DNA from: an uncultured Gemmatimonadales bacterium
Lineage (GTDB): Bacteria > Gemmatimonadota > Gemmatimonadetes > Gemmatimonadales > GWC2-71-9
Assembly (NCBI GenBank): GCA_963842945.1
Contig: CAWJIM010000018.1
Span: forward strand, 84,550-148,549
Direction: 5' to 3'
Length of the DNA stretch: 64,000 bases
Shown: piece by piece, positions 52,226 through 63,137 of the stretch
How positions within the stretch are numbered: position 1 is the first letter of the stretch
Layout of the letters: each line of letters begins with the position of its first letter
Program-made: the position numbers and the translations under genes
The notes under the pieces: model-generated
The model's database searches: none
What the model saw: the letters and a program-made list of their open reading frames with translations, nothing else
Told to the model about the DNA's origin: nothing

Positions 52226-52420
52226 GCAGGGGCTCTGCCGAGCGTAGCGATGGGTCTGTGCACTTCGCCCCAATCGCTTCGAGTCATCGTCGACTGGAAG
52301 ATTGTGGGGCACTGGATGACAACGGGCAGATCAGCTTCCGGGAACTGATGCGCGGCTGGCAGAGCATGAGCAGGCTAGCGAGACGCCCCACCTTCGGGAG
52401 AGTTGATCGACTTGGACCGG

Positions 52421-52672
52421 CTAGGCTTCCGTCGTAGAGGTGATGATACGCAGCGCCATAATGCTCGTCAGGGGGCCGCACACGAGGTTTCCGTTGGCAT
52501 CCCGAAACCTGAACCCCGATGAAGTCGCTCCATTTTGTCCCCCAGACTCTATGGCCATCCTTTCACTGTGAAATTTGAAGGTATCTATCTCGAAACTGCC
52601 GGTTTTGACGTCCATCCAGCCGCTATGCAATAGCACTGCACGCACCTTCGCAACGTCTATGTCTAGGCTCAT
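52421..52672 (-). CDS. Small hypothetical protein
   Basis: 83-aa ORF (MSLDIDVAKV...) with globular composition in a lower-GC segment. Confidence 0.5.
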   Translation of the reverse strand: MSLDIDVAKVRAVLLHSGWMDVKTGSFEIDTFKFHSERMAIESGGQNGATSSGFRFRDANGNLVCGPLTSIMALRIITSTTEA

Positions 52673-53047
52673 GGAAAAGTTCCCTGTGCTGTCCCGTCCC
52701 ACATCCAGCAGGTGAGCAGACCAGCGAGCGCGTTGCTACAGCGCGTCCCCAGTATCCGGGTGGGCCGCAGCCGCGTGATTTTGGTGCCGTCTCTTAGCTG
52801 ACCACCAAAGTTATCTCCCAGCAATATGTAACTGCCGCCGAGATCTTGCCCTACGTGAGCTGCTTGGATGGGCCGCCATCAGCCGGGAAGCTGAAGAGCT
52901 GCCCGCCCCTCGGCCGTCGCTTGAACCCTCCTCGCTTTACTCTAGTAGTCCGATCGGGTATATAGGTTATTGCCTGGACTGTGGGTCCGCGCACGGCTGC
53001 GGCACGGCCGTTACGGCATCGACACCTAAGACTCGAGAGGTCTGCCC

Positions 53048-54040
53048 ATGAAGGCCGGTATACTTGCCAGCACCCTCGGCAGCGTCTACGCGCTCGCGCC
53101 CGATTCTGAGTTGAGAGTCATTGAGCGGGATGCGGACGGACACTGGAGACACTGGCAGTCTTTCGGAGGTGGGGTGAAACGGGTCGTGCATGGCGGTAGC
53201 GTGGTCGCGAAGCTGGGGCTCGACAATCGCGTGGCTGCCTTCCAGCGCACTCCCCCGTCGGCGTGGTTCACGTGGAACCTCAACGCACAGGATCTTTGCG
53301 CTGCCCGGCTGCCGGATGGTACGCCGGCCCTCTTCGCTCTCGCTGAACGAATGGTGTGGTATACCTGCAAGGACACCCCGGAGGCACCCTGGCGTGACTG
53401 GGAACCTCTCTATGGCCCCGTGACTGAGATCGACGCGGCAGCAATTGCCGGGGGTGGTCTGGCTGTCTTCGGCATTCGTGAGGGCGTGGTGTACCACAAA
53501 TGGCAGGATCGACCGAATGCGGGATGGAAGCAGTGGACGGCCTTAGGCGCGCCGCCGGAAGGAGCCAGGTCGCTCGAGGTCACCAGCCTCAATGGAGGCG
53601 GGCTCGTCGTTTTCGCCCTGGCCGGAGACGGCGCGCTGTATCACCGCTGGCAAGACCACCCGTTCGGGGTCTGGCAGTCTTGGTACGGCTTGGGCGGATC
53701 AGTCAAGAGCTTCGCCGTCACCAAGTCCCCGGGTGGTGGCCTGGCGGTATTCGCGATCGGAACGGATAGCAGGGTATGGTCCAGGTGGCAGCCCAAAGCA
53801 TTCGGTGAGTGGACCCCGTGGATGGACTTGCAGGGGCATGCTACCAGCATCGCGGCGCAGCGCAGTTATGCGGATGGTCTCGAACTGTTCGCACTGGCCG
53901 CCGATGCGCAGGTTTACCACAGGTGGTGCATGAGGCTGGACTTGCCGTGGACTGAATGGACCCGGCTCGATTACGAGCCGGCTCCGCTGTGGACCACGGC
54001 AGACGTCCCGACATCTCTTCCGGCCCATCCTGCTGAATGA
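53048..54040 (+). CDS. Trp-rich beta-propeller, PLL/fucose-lectin-like repeats
   Basis: ~45-aa repeats GGL.VFA...DG..YH.WQ......W..W..LG; no clear signal peptide. Confidence 0.75.
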   Translation: MKAGILASTLGSVYALAPDSELRVIERDADGHWRHWQSFGGGVKRVVHGGSVVAKLGLDNRVAAFQRTPPSAWFTWNLNAQDLCAARLPDGTPALFALAERMVWYTCKDTPEAPWRDWEPLYGPVTEIDAAAIAGGGLAVFGIREGVVYHKWQDRPNAGWKQWTALGAPPEGARSLEVTSLNGGGLVVFALAGDGALYHRWQDHPFGVWQSWYGLGGSVKSFAVTKSPGGGLAVFAIGTDSRVWSRWQPKAFGEWTPWMDLQGHATSIAAQRSYADGLELFALAADAQVYHRWCMRLDLPWTEWTRLDYEPAPLWTTADVPTSLPAHPAE

Positions 54041-54208
54041 ACTTATCGGCAACAGCGAAACGTGCTTCCGGGCGCAGTTGCCACGGCTCGGGAGGAAGTC
54101 GGGTCACAATCTGTTCTGTAAGGCGCTCACTGTTTGAGGGAAGTTCGCCCTCACCGGGCGCAGGCGCTCGGTTTGACAGTCTTTATGCCAATCCCCGACC
54201 TGAAGACC

Positions 54209-54535
54209 TCAAGGGAGCAGTGGAAGGCCAAAGTACCGAGGCTTCAGTCGCTCTCGTTCCACCAGTTCCCTGCGCCGGTGAAGTCGGCCGCCAAGAACTT
54301 TTTCCACCACAACCGCGGCGAGCTCCCATGTATCGGGAAGGAGCCACGGGTACACGTGCCCGTACTCCGGACGCAGGCGCGCCTCCCGCCATCGAGATAC
54401 CGAGAATCCTTGGTGTTGACCAGGCACTACGTTTGGAACCTCAACATCTCGGAACTCGAAATGCTTGTCCAAAAGCACCCGAGGCCGAAGCTCTAGCTTG
54501 GTGGATCCGACAATGTCGGGGTTCTTCTCGCTCAC
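54209..54535 (-). pseudogene. Truncated homologue of the 55818..56087 protein
   Basis: Contains RVLLDKHFEFR followed by REARLRPEYGHVYP...W, both matching motifs of 55818..56087. Confidence 0.55.
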
Positions 54536-54577
54536 GAGTTTCCCCTTCTCAATCGTTCGGATTACACCGGCCTTCGA

Positions 54578-55272
54578 CTAATAGGCAACGGCATACCGCG
54601 AGAAGTGGTCGATATCACCAATGACCTCCGACAGGTCCTTCCGGTCTTCGGACGGAGGTAGCTCAAGTACACGCTGACCCCAACCTAGGTATGCCAAGCG
54701 GAGGTCGATGTCGCCGGGAACGTCACACTCCTTGTAGCTCAGAGTGAGTTCTGCCGGACGTGCAAACCTCAGTCCCTCCGGCTCGAACTCCACATCGATC
54801 AGTGAGGACGTAGGCGCCTCGGCACCGATCATGTACTCCTTGTCAAGCGCCCGCGGGGTATGACAAGCTTGTGTTCCCCCACGTGGATCGTCCCGCCGTC
54901 CGGGCCGATGATCTCCACCTCCCGTTCGTACGGCCTGGGTTTGCAGCGCAGCAGGTCGAACTCGAACATCAGCTTGGCCTTCTTCGCGTGCTTCCAGGTG
55001 TGCTCTTTCCTATACGCCTTCCATTCCTGGCGCGCTAGCTCATAGTCGCCTTTCCGCAGCTCCTTCTCGGCCTTGATACGTTCCTTCTCTCGTTTGAGAA
55101 GGACCTTGAGCTCTTCATGGCGCTGCTGCCACTCCTCTTGAGTCATCTCCTGGTTCGCAACGCTGAAGCTCACCGAAGGATTCGCCGGGGCCGTCGGCGA
55201 ATTAGCGTCGCTGCAGGCCATAACAATGCCAGTCACAGCCAGGAGCATCGTGAGCAACGAGATGTCGCGCAA
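54578..55272 (-). CDS. Lipoprotein with coiled coil and ZU5-like domain; apparent frameshift ~54850
   Basis: VMAC lipobox; IGPDGGTI...LVIP.G, F.PEGL.FARPA.LTLSY, IDHFSRYAVA. Confidence 0.7.
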
Positions 55273-55817
55273 TGCGCATACTTCCTCCAGTATCAGCCAG
55301 TGAAATTGGAACCCTGCATTTCGACTTCATGGTGTCTACACAAAAAGCGGTGCCGTTCTGGGCTCGAGGCCGAGGACGGCACCGCGCTGGTAAGCGCTGT
55401 GACTACCTTCGGCACCGGGCTATCTCACATCGCCCTGTGAGACCCCTTAGTTTTGCGGCCCCGGATCACTCCGGGTGTGCTCTTATCGGGCAGTTCAGCA
55501 TTGTGGACGACTGGTTCTGCGAAGGGTGTGTCTCTGCAAAGTGCAGGCCTCCGGGCACCTACGGAGGTTTGTTTTAGTTATGCAATCGGGTGCGGTGCGC
55601 GCTGGCCCCTATCGCGAACCGACATCAGTGGTGTCTTCGAATTAGCAATGTCATAATCTTGACCTCGTAAGCCGATGCAGGTGCACAAAAGGGCATCTCA
55701 GACTTCCTGCATCTCGCGAGGACTCGGGTGAACCTGCCTGAGCCGGAGGACAGCTGTCCGAGGTGGTGCCGCCTGGCCCTTAACCATTCGGGCCGCCGTA
55801 CCGACCTGTTCAAATCC

Positions 55818-56087
55818 CTATTGATCTCGGTCGAAGTTCACTTTTTCCTCCCGTCGGCTTGGCGGATCTTCCACACCGACAGGGGAGCCACCACGGAACT
55901 CGAAATGCTCTGGTCGCAGCATCCGACTTGCCTGCCCGACGCCCGGATCCGATCTCCGCACTAGCCACGCCATGAGCCGGTGTGCCATCGCGCTAGCCGA
56001 ATCCCAAACGCCGGGCTTAAGAGGAGGGTAGAGGTGAGCGAACTCCGGCTTGAGCCGAGCTTCTCGTCTGCCGGGACGCGGACTCAC
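55818..56087 (-). CDS. Small hypothetical protein (REARLxPE...HFEFRGG family)
   Basis: 89-aa ORF with a homologous fragment at 54209..54535. Confidence 0.65.
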   Translation of the reverse strand: MSPRPGRREARLKPEFAHLYPPLKPGVWDSASAMAHRLMAWLVRRSDPGVGQASRMLRPEHFEFRGGSPVGVEDPPSRREEKVNFDRDQ

Positions 56088-56617
56088 GGAACTTGACCTA
56101 GTTGCGTGTCCCGATTTCCCATTGTGCTCAGGCTCCCGAGCGACGATGCGGCTCCTTGCTGGTTTGCCCTGCCATAGCCCGCGTGCGCCTCGGGGTCGGT
56201 CTCTGCCTGTCCTATCGGCCTAGAGGTGGTCGACTTTTACTGTGAGAGAACACCTTATCGGGAGTTTTATGGTGTGATAGGCCCCGGTTGCGACAAGTAG
56301 GCCCCTTTTGCGACATGTTCGCGCGGGCCCGGGTGGCCGAGTAATGTCGAACACTTCTCACACGGCAGTAATCAGGGATCTGAGTAGGTGCGTCAGCTCA
56401 GCCTCGAAGGCAAGCATCTGGGACCCATCCCGGAGCGACCCGAAGCATCTGGTATCAGCGGACGGTAGGGAACTGAGAGAAGGTACGGCACAGCTTAGCT
56501 CACAAGGTAAGCTATGCAGTTTTAGGTCTGCGGGATGGGATCCCTCGACGACATTCGAGAGGAACTGACTCACCTCGGAGTCCTCTAGCCCCAAGCAGGG
56601 GAGTAACGGGTCTCCAA

Positions 56618-56791
56618 ACTGGACCAGGAAACGCTAAGTCAGTGGGCCCTCTGGGATTCGAACCCAGGACCTACGGATTATGAGTCGGAAGTGAGGGGGA
56701 GGATCTTACAATAGATCCCCCATATTTCCACGGTGCTGCCGGGGATGGGTACCGGAGATTCTCCGGCCAAACTGGACCACAATCTGGACCA
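56618..56791 (-). mobile_element. att site: 3' fragment of tRNA(CAT) with flanking arm-type repeats
   Basis: 56643-56686 on the minus strand reads GACTCATAATCCGTAGGTCCTGGGTTCGAATCCCAGAGGGCCCA, with no 5' half. (A/T)CTGGACCA occurs at 56618, 56771 and 56783. Confidence 0.75.
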
Positions 56792-57242
56792 ACCCGAATT
56801 AGAGACTCACACGAGCGCACGTTGGGCTTGTCGATGCCTAAGCCTTACCCCGAGACCAAATTTGCCAAGCTGCACATTTTAATGTGCAGGCTGCACACAC
56901 GCGAACCCCGGATGTGCAGGAAGTCAGATCAAGTTGGCACAAAGTTCGCACACCATCAGGGAACAGCCAGCCGGTCATCATCCCGTACATGCTACGCAGC
57001 GACGCTAGTCGCGGGGGTGACTCGGGTGATGTCGAACATGTTAACCTTCATCATCGCGTCGTAGAACGCCTCGTTCTCCAGGCCATGCTCAAGCATGAAC
57101 TCGCCAGCCGACTGCTTCACGCTGGCCTTGACCGGGCCAGTAGCCAGGAAGCAAAGGAGAGCCGCCCACCAACTGTGGTGACTCTGCGCTCTAGATCGGA
57201 GATCAGCATTGCCCGACCACTCTTTGATTGTATCCGCGCGCG

Positions 57243-58439
57243 CTAGGGTTCAGCGGGGTTCCAGTCCGGGGCAAACGCGCCGCCCGGCATACTGATGACA
57301 CGCCGAAGGCCAGTGCCGTCCACATTGACTGCGAACACCTCACTCGGCTCTCGTCCCGTCCAGGGGTAGAAGAATTGTTCAAAGACAATGGATTGCCCGT
57401 CCGGTGACCAGGAGGGTGAGGTTATGGTCAGCCCGCTGCTGCTGCCCCACACGAACATGTCACCGGTCCCATCGGCGTTGATGATCTCCAAGTGGTGTGT
57501 CTGCCACCTGTTCTCGAGGGTTCCGCCGGACGAGAAGACAATCCGCTGGCCGTCCGGCGCCCACGCCGGCTCAGTATGATGGGCGCCGAAGCTAGTCAGG
57601 ACTCGCTGCCCGGTCCCATCGGCGTTCACGACCTGGATGTTGCAGGTCTCACTGCCGTGTCCCCCCCAGCACCCAGAGTAGGCGATCCGCTGCCCGTCCG
57701 GAGACCAGGCCTCCGCCGTGAGATTCTCGCAGTGGGTGTAGTACTCGTCGCAAGGGAGGTCCGCGACCCGCGTCCGGTCGGAGCCGTCCAAATTCATGAC
57801 GAACAGATCGAAGTTAGGAGTATTCCCCTCCGCCGCAGGAGGCCCCATTGCTCCGAACGCGATGCGTGTCCCATCGGGTGAGACGGACGCCCCAGAGACG
57901 CCGCTGAGAACGGAGGTGTCCACGACCACGTGGACGTCGGTACCGTTGGCATTCATGGCGTACAAACCACCGTACCACCCGAAGTAGATCTGCCGACCGT
58001 CGCCCGACCAGGAAGGGTTGGCCATTGGTCAACCTGGTCAGTCCGGAGCCGTCGGCATTATGACATAGATGTCAGCACTGGAGCTGTCGTCTGCCTGGAA
58101 GACGATCTCCGTGCCCGGCGGAGTCACCACGATCTGAACGCTGTCCTCGGCCTCGCCGCCCGGGCCGGTGCAGGAGAGCCGATAGGTCGTAGCGCCGGTG
58201 AGATGCTCCGACGTCGGCGGAGCCCGCGGTGCCGCTCCACCCTCCAGGGCTACCTGACAGGACGTGGCATTCTCCGAGTTCCAGCTCAGGTGGACGGGTA
58301 CGTTGGTGCTCACGGTGACTGACCCATCGCCGCCCTCTGCCTTGATGTCCGCCATCGGAGGATCCGGCGGCTCCGTACCGCCGCCACAGGCCATGACCAC
58401 CAGCACGAGACCTGCCCAGAGGCTCTTGTCGTGGGGCAT
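57243..58439 (-). pseudogene. TolB-like propeller lipoprotein copy 1 (frameshifts/small deletions near 58030-58230)
   Basis: MPHDKSLWAGLVLVVMACGGG; WSPDG repeats; collinear with 59356..60587. Confidence 0.75.
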
Positions 58440-58691
58440 TGTCTTGGTCCCTTTTAAGGAGGACTGACTCCTTCCTCTTGGGTACCTCTAGCTGCCCTAA
58501 ATACCAGGTCCAAGTGTACGTGCTCCTTGTGAAGGCAGCCCTCAAGCGCCTGCTATCGCCCGGGAATGCGCCAGCGCGGAGGAAATGAGACCCGCGGCTT
58601 TGCGTCACTCCCTACGGCGTATAGAGCTCGCTGGCGTTAGGAGTGTTGTCTTGAAAGCGGTGGCATCGCCGCACTCGGCTCGAAGCTGCAG

Positions 58692-59286
58692 TCACCAAGT
58701 CGCCGCCATCAGCACGCCAAGCCCGAGCGTCGCCACTGGGGCGAGCCAAGTGCCGAACCGGACGCCCGCCTGGCCTTGCCACTGCGTCCCGCCTTCGGCT
58801 TGGCGGAGTCCATCCACACCAAGCGCAAGACCGATTCGATCGCCATAGTTGAAAGCGAGGTCCGCTGTAGGACTCGGGAATTTCAATGTCATGAAATTGT
58901 CTTTGCCTCCAACGAAGAGCCTGGGCAAGGCTGATGCTGAAGGTCTGGTTGACCCAGCGACGATACCGTAGCACTGGCCCGTACCGATGGCCGTCGCTGT
59001 CGGCGGTGATCTTGAAAGCCGCCCCCAAGGCAGATTCCCGATCGAGGTTCTGGAGGTAGCCGCCGCTCCAGTAAACGAACGCGGCGTTCTGGTCGGTGGC
59101 CCCGGCCTTCTCATTCAGTCGGATTGCGCCGGTAAACTCCAGCACTATGAAGCCGGCGCAGCCGGGCTCCGGTTGGCCGCGAAGGCAGGTCTGCCCGACC
59201 GCCACCTGGGATGATCCGAAAGTGAGGACAACTGCCAGCGTGGAGATCAGGGTAGCGTCGCGCACGGTTTCCGCTCGCTTTCGCAT
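58692..59286 (-). CDS. Hypothetical secreted protein, possible small beta-barrel; apparent frameshift ~58920
   Basis: Signal-like N-terminus and beta-strand-rich halves in two frames. Confidence 0.55.
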
Positions 59287-59355
59287 TATCCTACGTTGTA
59301 GGAGGCAAAGCGCCGGCTGCATACCATGGCTAGCTCCGTTGGCGCGACCTTGACC

Positions 59356-60587
59356 TTAGGGAACGGGATTCCAGTCCGGGGCAAACGCACCGCCAGGCAC
59401 AGTGAGGACAGGCCGAAGGTCAGTCCCGTCCACGTTGATGGCAAACAACTCACCCTGCGTCGGCAGCGGCGATGTCCAGCTGGGTAGGAAACGGCCAAAA
59501 ACAATGGAGTGTCCGTCCGGTGACCAGGAGGGTGAACTGTTGGGTGCCAAGCCCGTTAGCAGGACCATGCGACCGGTCCCATCGGCGTTGATGATCTCCA
59601 GGTCCAGCGGGAACTCCAGGGACGATCTGGTTCCGTTGGACGAGAAGACAATCCGCTGGCCGTCCGGCGACCACGCTGGCTTAGTAGTGATAGCCTCGAA
59701 GCTAGCCAGGACTCTCTGCCCGGTCCCATCAGCGTTCACGACCCCGATGCTGCAGGTGTAACTGCCGTGAGCCGACCAGCACGGAGCGTAGGCGATCCGC
59801 TGCCCATCCGGCGACCAGGCCACCGCCTCGAGATACTCGCAGTGGTAGTAGTACTCGTCGCAGGGAAGGTCCACGAGCGGCGTTAGTTGGGAGCCGTTCA
59901 CATTCATAACGAACAGATCAGCGTTCGCAGGAGACTGCAGGGGCGTGATCCCTCCGAGCGCGATGCGCGTCCCATCGGGTGAGACAGCATACGGTACGTG
60001 GCCCCATGGAGGCTCCGTGGTGCCGAGGCCGGCCACGACCGAGTGGACGTCGGTGCCATCGGCCTTCATGACGTACAAGTCCAACGTCTGGCGACCATCA
60101 CGGTTGTAGGAGAGGAAGTAGATCTGCCGACCGTCGCCTGACCACGAAGGGGCCACATCGGCATACGGGTGATCGGTCAACCGCGTCACTCCGGAGCCGT
60201 CCGCGTTCGCCACGTAGATGTCGGAGATGGTGCTGTCGCTTGACTGGAAGACGATCTCCGTGCCCGGCGGAGTCACCACGATCTGAACGCCGTCCTCGGC
60301 CTCGCCGCCCGGGCCGCTGCAGGAGAGCCGGTACGTAGTGGTGGCCGGGAGATCCTCCACGACTGCCAACCCGTGGTACCGCTCCACCCGCCGGGGCTGA
60401 CCAGGCAACTCGAGGCATTCTCCGAGCTCCAGCTCAGGTGGACGGGTACGTTGGTGCTCACGGTGACCGGCCCGTCGGCGCCATCTGCCTTGATGTCCGC
60501 CGTAGTGGGATCCGGCGGCTCCGTCCCGCCGCCACAGGCCATGACTACCAGCACGAGACCTGCCCCCAGCCTCTTGGTATGGGGCAT
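59356..60587 (-). CDS. TolB-like propeller lipoprotein copy 2; apparent frameshift ~60360
   Basis: MPHTKRLGAGLVLVVMACGGG; NADG.G and WSPDG repeats. Confidence 0.8.
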
Positions 60588-60932
60588 TGTGTTGGGTCTC
60601 AGCCGGGTCATGGAACTCTCCTCGAGATGAGTTCGCCGATCAACTCTCGCGTATCGCTAAGACCAGCCCCTCAAGTACGAGTCAAGCGCACAACTCATCG
60701 CACTCCACGGGATTTTGACCAGGCTATGTGAAGGGGTGACTACCGGGGGATCACTGCACCCGCGGACGAAGCTTCGCGGCGAATTTGCGCGTAGGAAAGA
60801 ACATACGATGGTCGTCAAGACTCGCAGTCCGCGGTGAGTCTGGGTGCAATCACCGCGTTCTGCGAACACTCCAGCTTGCGCAAACTGTCAACCTGGGGCG
60901 CGTGAGCTTGAGCTCAGCAGGAAGCATTCTCA

Positions 60933-60948
60933 AGGCACACCGCTTGCT
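60933..60948 (+). promoter_or_regulatory. Possible sigma54 -24/-12 promoter
   Basis: AGGCAC-ACCGC-TTGCT upstream of the 61006..61407 gene. Confidence 0.45.
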
Positions 60949-61005
60949 CGGGGCACGGTGCTCGACTTGACTGGCCCTTGATTCGTTGCTCGGATCTTCC
61001 TGGCC

Positions 61006-61407
61006 ATGGTCGCCATCACAAATCTATTGATAGGGCTTATGTCGTTGCGAAGCCATCCCCGGTCGATTGCTTGGGTCTTCTTGGTGGCATGCCTACCCGC
61101 TTGTTCCAGTTGGAAGGTCTCCACGGTCCCTCCAGCGCAACTCCTCGCTGACGAGCATCCGGCCAAGATCCGGATCACTCTGGCCGACAGCTCGAAAGTG
61201 GTCCTCAGCCAACCTGAGTTGGTGGAAGACACCTTGGTGGGCCAGTTCGGAAATCATCAGCTACGCGTCGCTACAGCGGACGCGGTGCACCTGGCTGTGC
61301 GCAGGAAGGATGCGGTCTCGACTGTCGGTCTGACTGTCGGTCTGGTCGGAGGCTTGTGGCTTGTGGCTTTTATCGCCTCACGGGAAACCTGCTATGTGTA
61401 CTGCTGA
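61006..61407 (+). CDS. Small lipoprotein with C-terminal TM segment
   Basis: LPAC lipobox and hydrophobic tail; start may be ATG 61039. Confidence 0.65.
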   Translation: MVAITNLLIGLMSLRSHPRSIAWVFLVACLPACSSWKVSTVPPAQLLADEHPAKIRITLADSSKVVLSQPELVEDTLVGQFGNHQLRVATADAVHLAVRRKDAVSTVGLTVGLVGGLWLVAFIASRETCYVYC

Positions 61408-61634
61408 TGAGCAGTCCAATAGTAGGGGATCAATCTGTCTCGCTCGGCGATACGAGCCCGCGGCCGGGCGAAACCGTTCTGCTCGACAACAGTCTTGACG
61501 GCCCGGCGCTAGCCTGGCTTCGACCAACGCATATCGGAGGTCAGTCAAGCCTCCGCTGGAACGGTTCCGGGAAGTGCCGAATGTTCCGGCCGGCGCGCCG
61601 CCGGCAGTCTGCGGGTGCCCTGTCTGGAGGTCTC

Positions 61635-63035
61635 ATGCTTAAGTGGCTGATGCTGATGCTGGGTGTGGGAGCGTGCAGCAGCGACGACGGCAACGAGCCC
61701 AACGTGCCGGTCGCCACGGTCACGGTAACTCCGTCGAGCCCGAGCATTCAGGTTGGTGGCGAGATGCAGCTGCAGGCGACGACGCTGGACGCAAATGGCG
61801 GCACGCTTAGCGGCCGCCAGATCACGTGGACGACCAGTGACGCTGCAATCGCCACGGTTTCTTCATCGGGCGTTGTGGCGGGGATGGCCGAGGGGAACGC
61901 CACGGTCACGGCGACCTCCGAGACGAAGGCCGGATCGGCCACGGTGATGGTGGAGACACCCGAACCGGGGCCACAACCAGAGGTCGGGGTCCTGCGCACC
62001 GGCGGGACGTCCAGCTGCGCCATCCTCGAAGAAGATGGATCCGCATACTGCTGGGGCGGCAACGACTTCGGCCAGCTCGGCGATGGCACGACCACGGACC
62101 GGCTTCGGCCTACGAAGATCGTCGGCTCTCCGCTCTATAGCGTCCCGTTGCCGGGCAGCCACACCTGCACTCTCGATCGGGACGCACTTCTGTGCTGGGG
62201 GCTCAACCTGTCCGGCGAGGTCGGCGTCGGCAACACCGATCCGGTCCACACACCAGCGATCGTGAGCGGCGGTCTCGTTTTCTGGGATGTTGTCGTCGGA
62301 GACGACTTCACCTGCGGCACCGCGAACGAGGGGACGTTTTGCTGGGGAGCGAACGACTTCGGCCAGCTCGGCACCGGCGAGCCTGGCGACTCGCCCACAC
62401 CGGTGCTGGTGGCTGGTGGTCACCAGTTCCGACTCCTTGCCGCGGCCGGACACACCGTCTGCGGCAATACTAGCCTTGGCGAAGTGTTCTGCTGGGGCAA
62501 CGGAGCCGATGGCGAGCTGGGCAACGGCCAGTTCGGGGTGACCTCCAGCAGGCCAACTCAGGTTTCAGCCCCCTTCCAGATTTTCTGGATGGCGATCGGC
62601 GCCAACGCCGCAGGGCAAGCCACGGTCTGTGCTACGAGCAATGACGCGACGTATTGCTGGGGCAAGAACACGGACGGCGAGATCGGAGACGGGACCAAGC
62701 TGCGGAAGGGCGTTCCCACGGAGGTGCTGGGGTTGCCGGGAAACACCCAGATCGCGCCGGGAGGAAGTCATACCTGCGCGGTGACGGGAACAAAAGCGGT
62801 GTTCTGCTGGGGTAAAGGCGGGCGGCTCGGAACCGGCAGCGAACAGGCGAGTGTGACTCCGGTGGCCATCGCGGGCGGACTCGAGTTTCCCGCTATCTGG
62901 TCGGCGCTGGACCACACCTGCGGCTGGACCCAAGCCGAGCCGAGCCAGGCCTATTGCTGGGGCGACAACGCCAGAGGGCAGCTGGGGGACGGGACCACGA
63001 CAGCGCGGCTGGCCCCGAGGCTCGTCATCTTCTGA
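61635..63035 (+). CDS. Lipoprotein with Big_2 Ig-like domain and RCC1 repeats
   Basis: GGAGG RBS; VGAC lipobox; WTTSDAAIATVS; seven CWG.N..GQLG-type repeats. Confidence 0.9.
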   Translation: MLKWLMLMLGVGACSSDDGNEPNVPVATVTVTPSSPSIQVGGEMQLQATTLDANGGTLSGRQITWTTSDAAIATVSSSGVVAGMAEGNATVTATSETKAGSATVMVETPEPGPQPEVGVLRTGGTSSCAILEEDGSAYCWGGNDFGQLGDGTTTDRLRPTKIVGSPLYSVPLPGSHTCTLDRDALLCWGLNLSGEVGVGNTDPVHTPAIVSGGLVFWDVVVGDDFTCGTANEGTFCWGANDFGQLGTGEPGDSPTPVLVAGGHQFRLLAAAGHTVCGNTSLGEVFCWGNGADGELGNGQFGVTSSRPTQVSAPFQIFWMAIGANAAGQATVCATSNDATYCWGKNTDGEIGDGTKLRKGVPTEVLGLPGNTQIAPGGSHTCAVTGTKAVFCWGKGGRLGTGSEQASVTPVAIAGGLEFPAIWSALDHTCGWTQAEPSQAYCWGDNARGQLGDGTTTARLAPRLVIF

Positions 63036-63137
63036 TGCTGCATTCAGGGCTTCAGGAGGATGCATGTCCGGTCAGGGACCCCGCAGTTGGCATGGTGAGA
63101 TTGTGTCCCTCTCACTCGCACTTGAAGGGTGGGTGTC

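Noticed and set aside
54134..54496. Plus-strand 120-aa ORF
   Set aside because: The opposite strand carries motifs homologous to 55818..56087.
56643..56716. Intact tRNA(CAT)
   Set aside because: No D-arm or 5' acceptor strand; only the 3' half is present.
57243..60587. Diversity-generating retroelement
   Set aside because: No reverse transcriptase or short TR/VR pair. Differences include indels and span whole genes.
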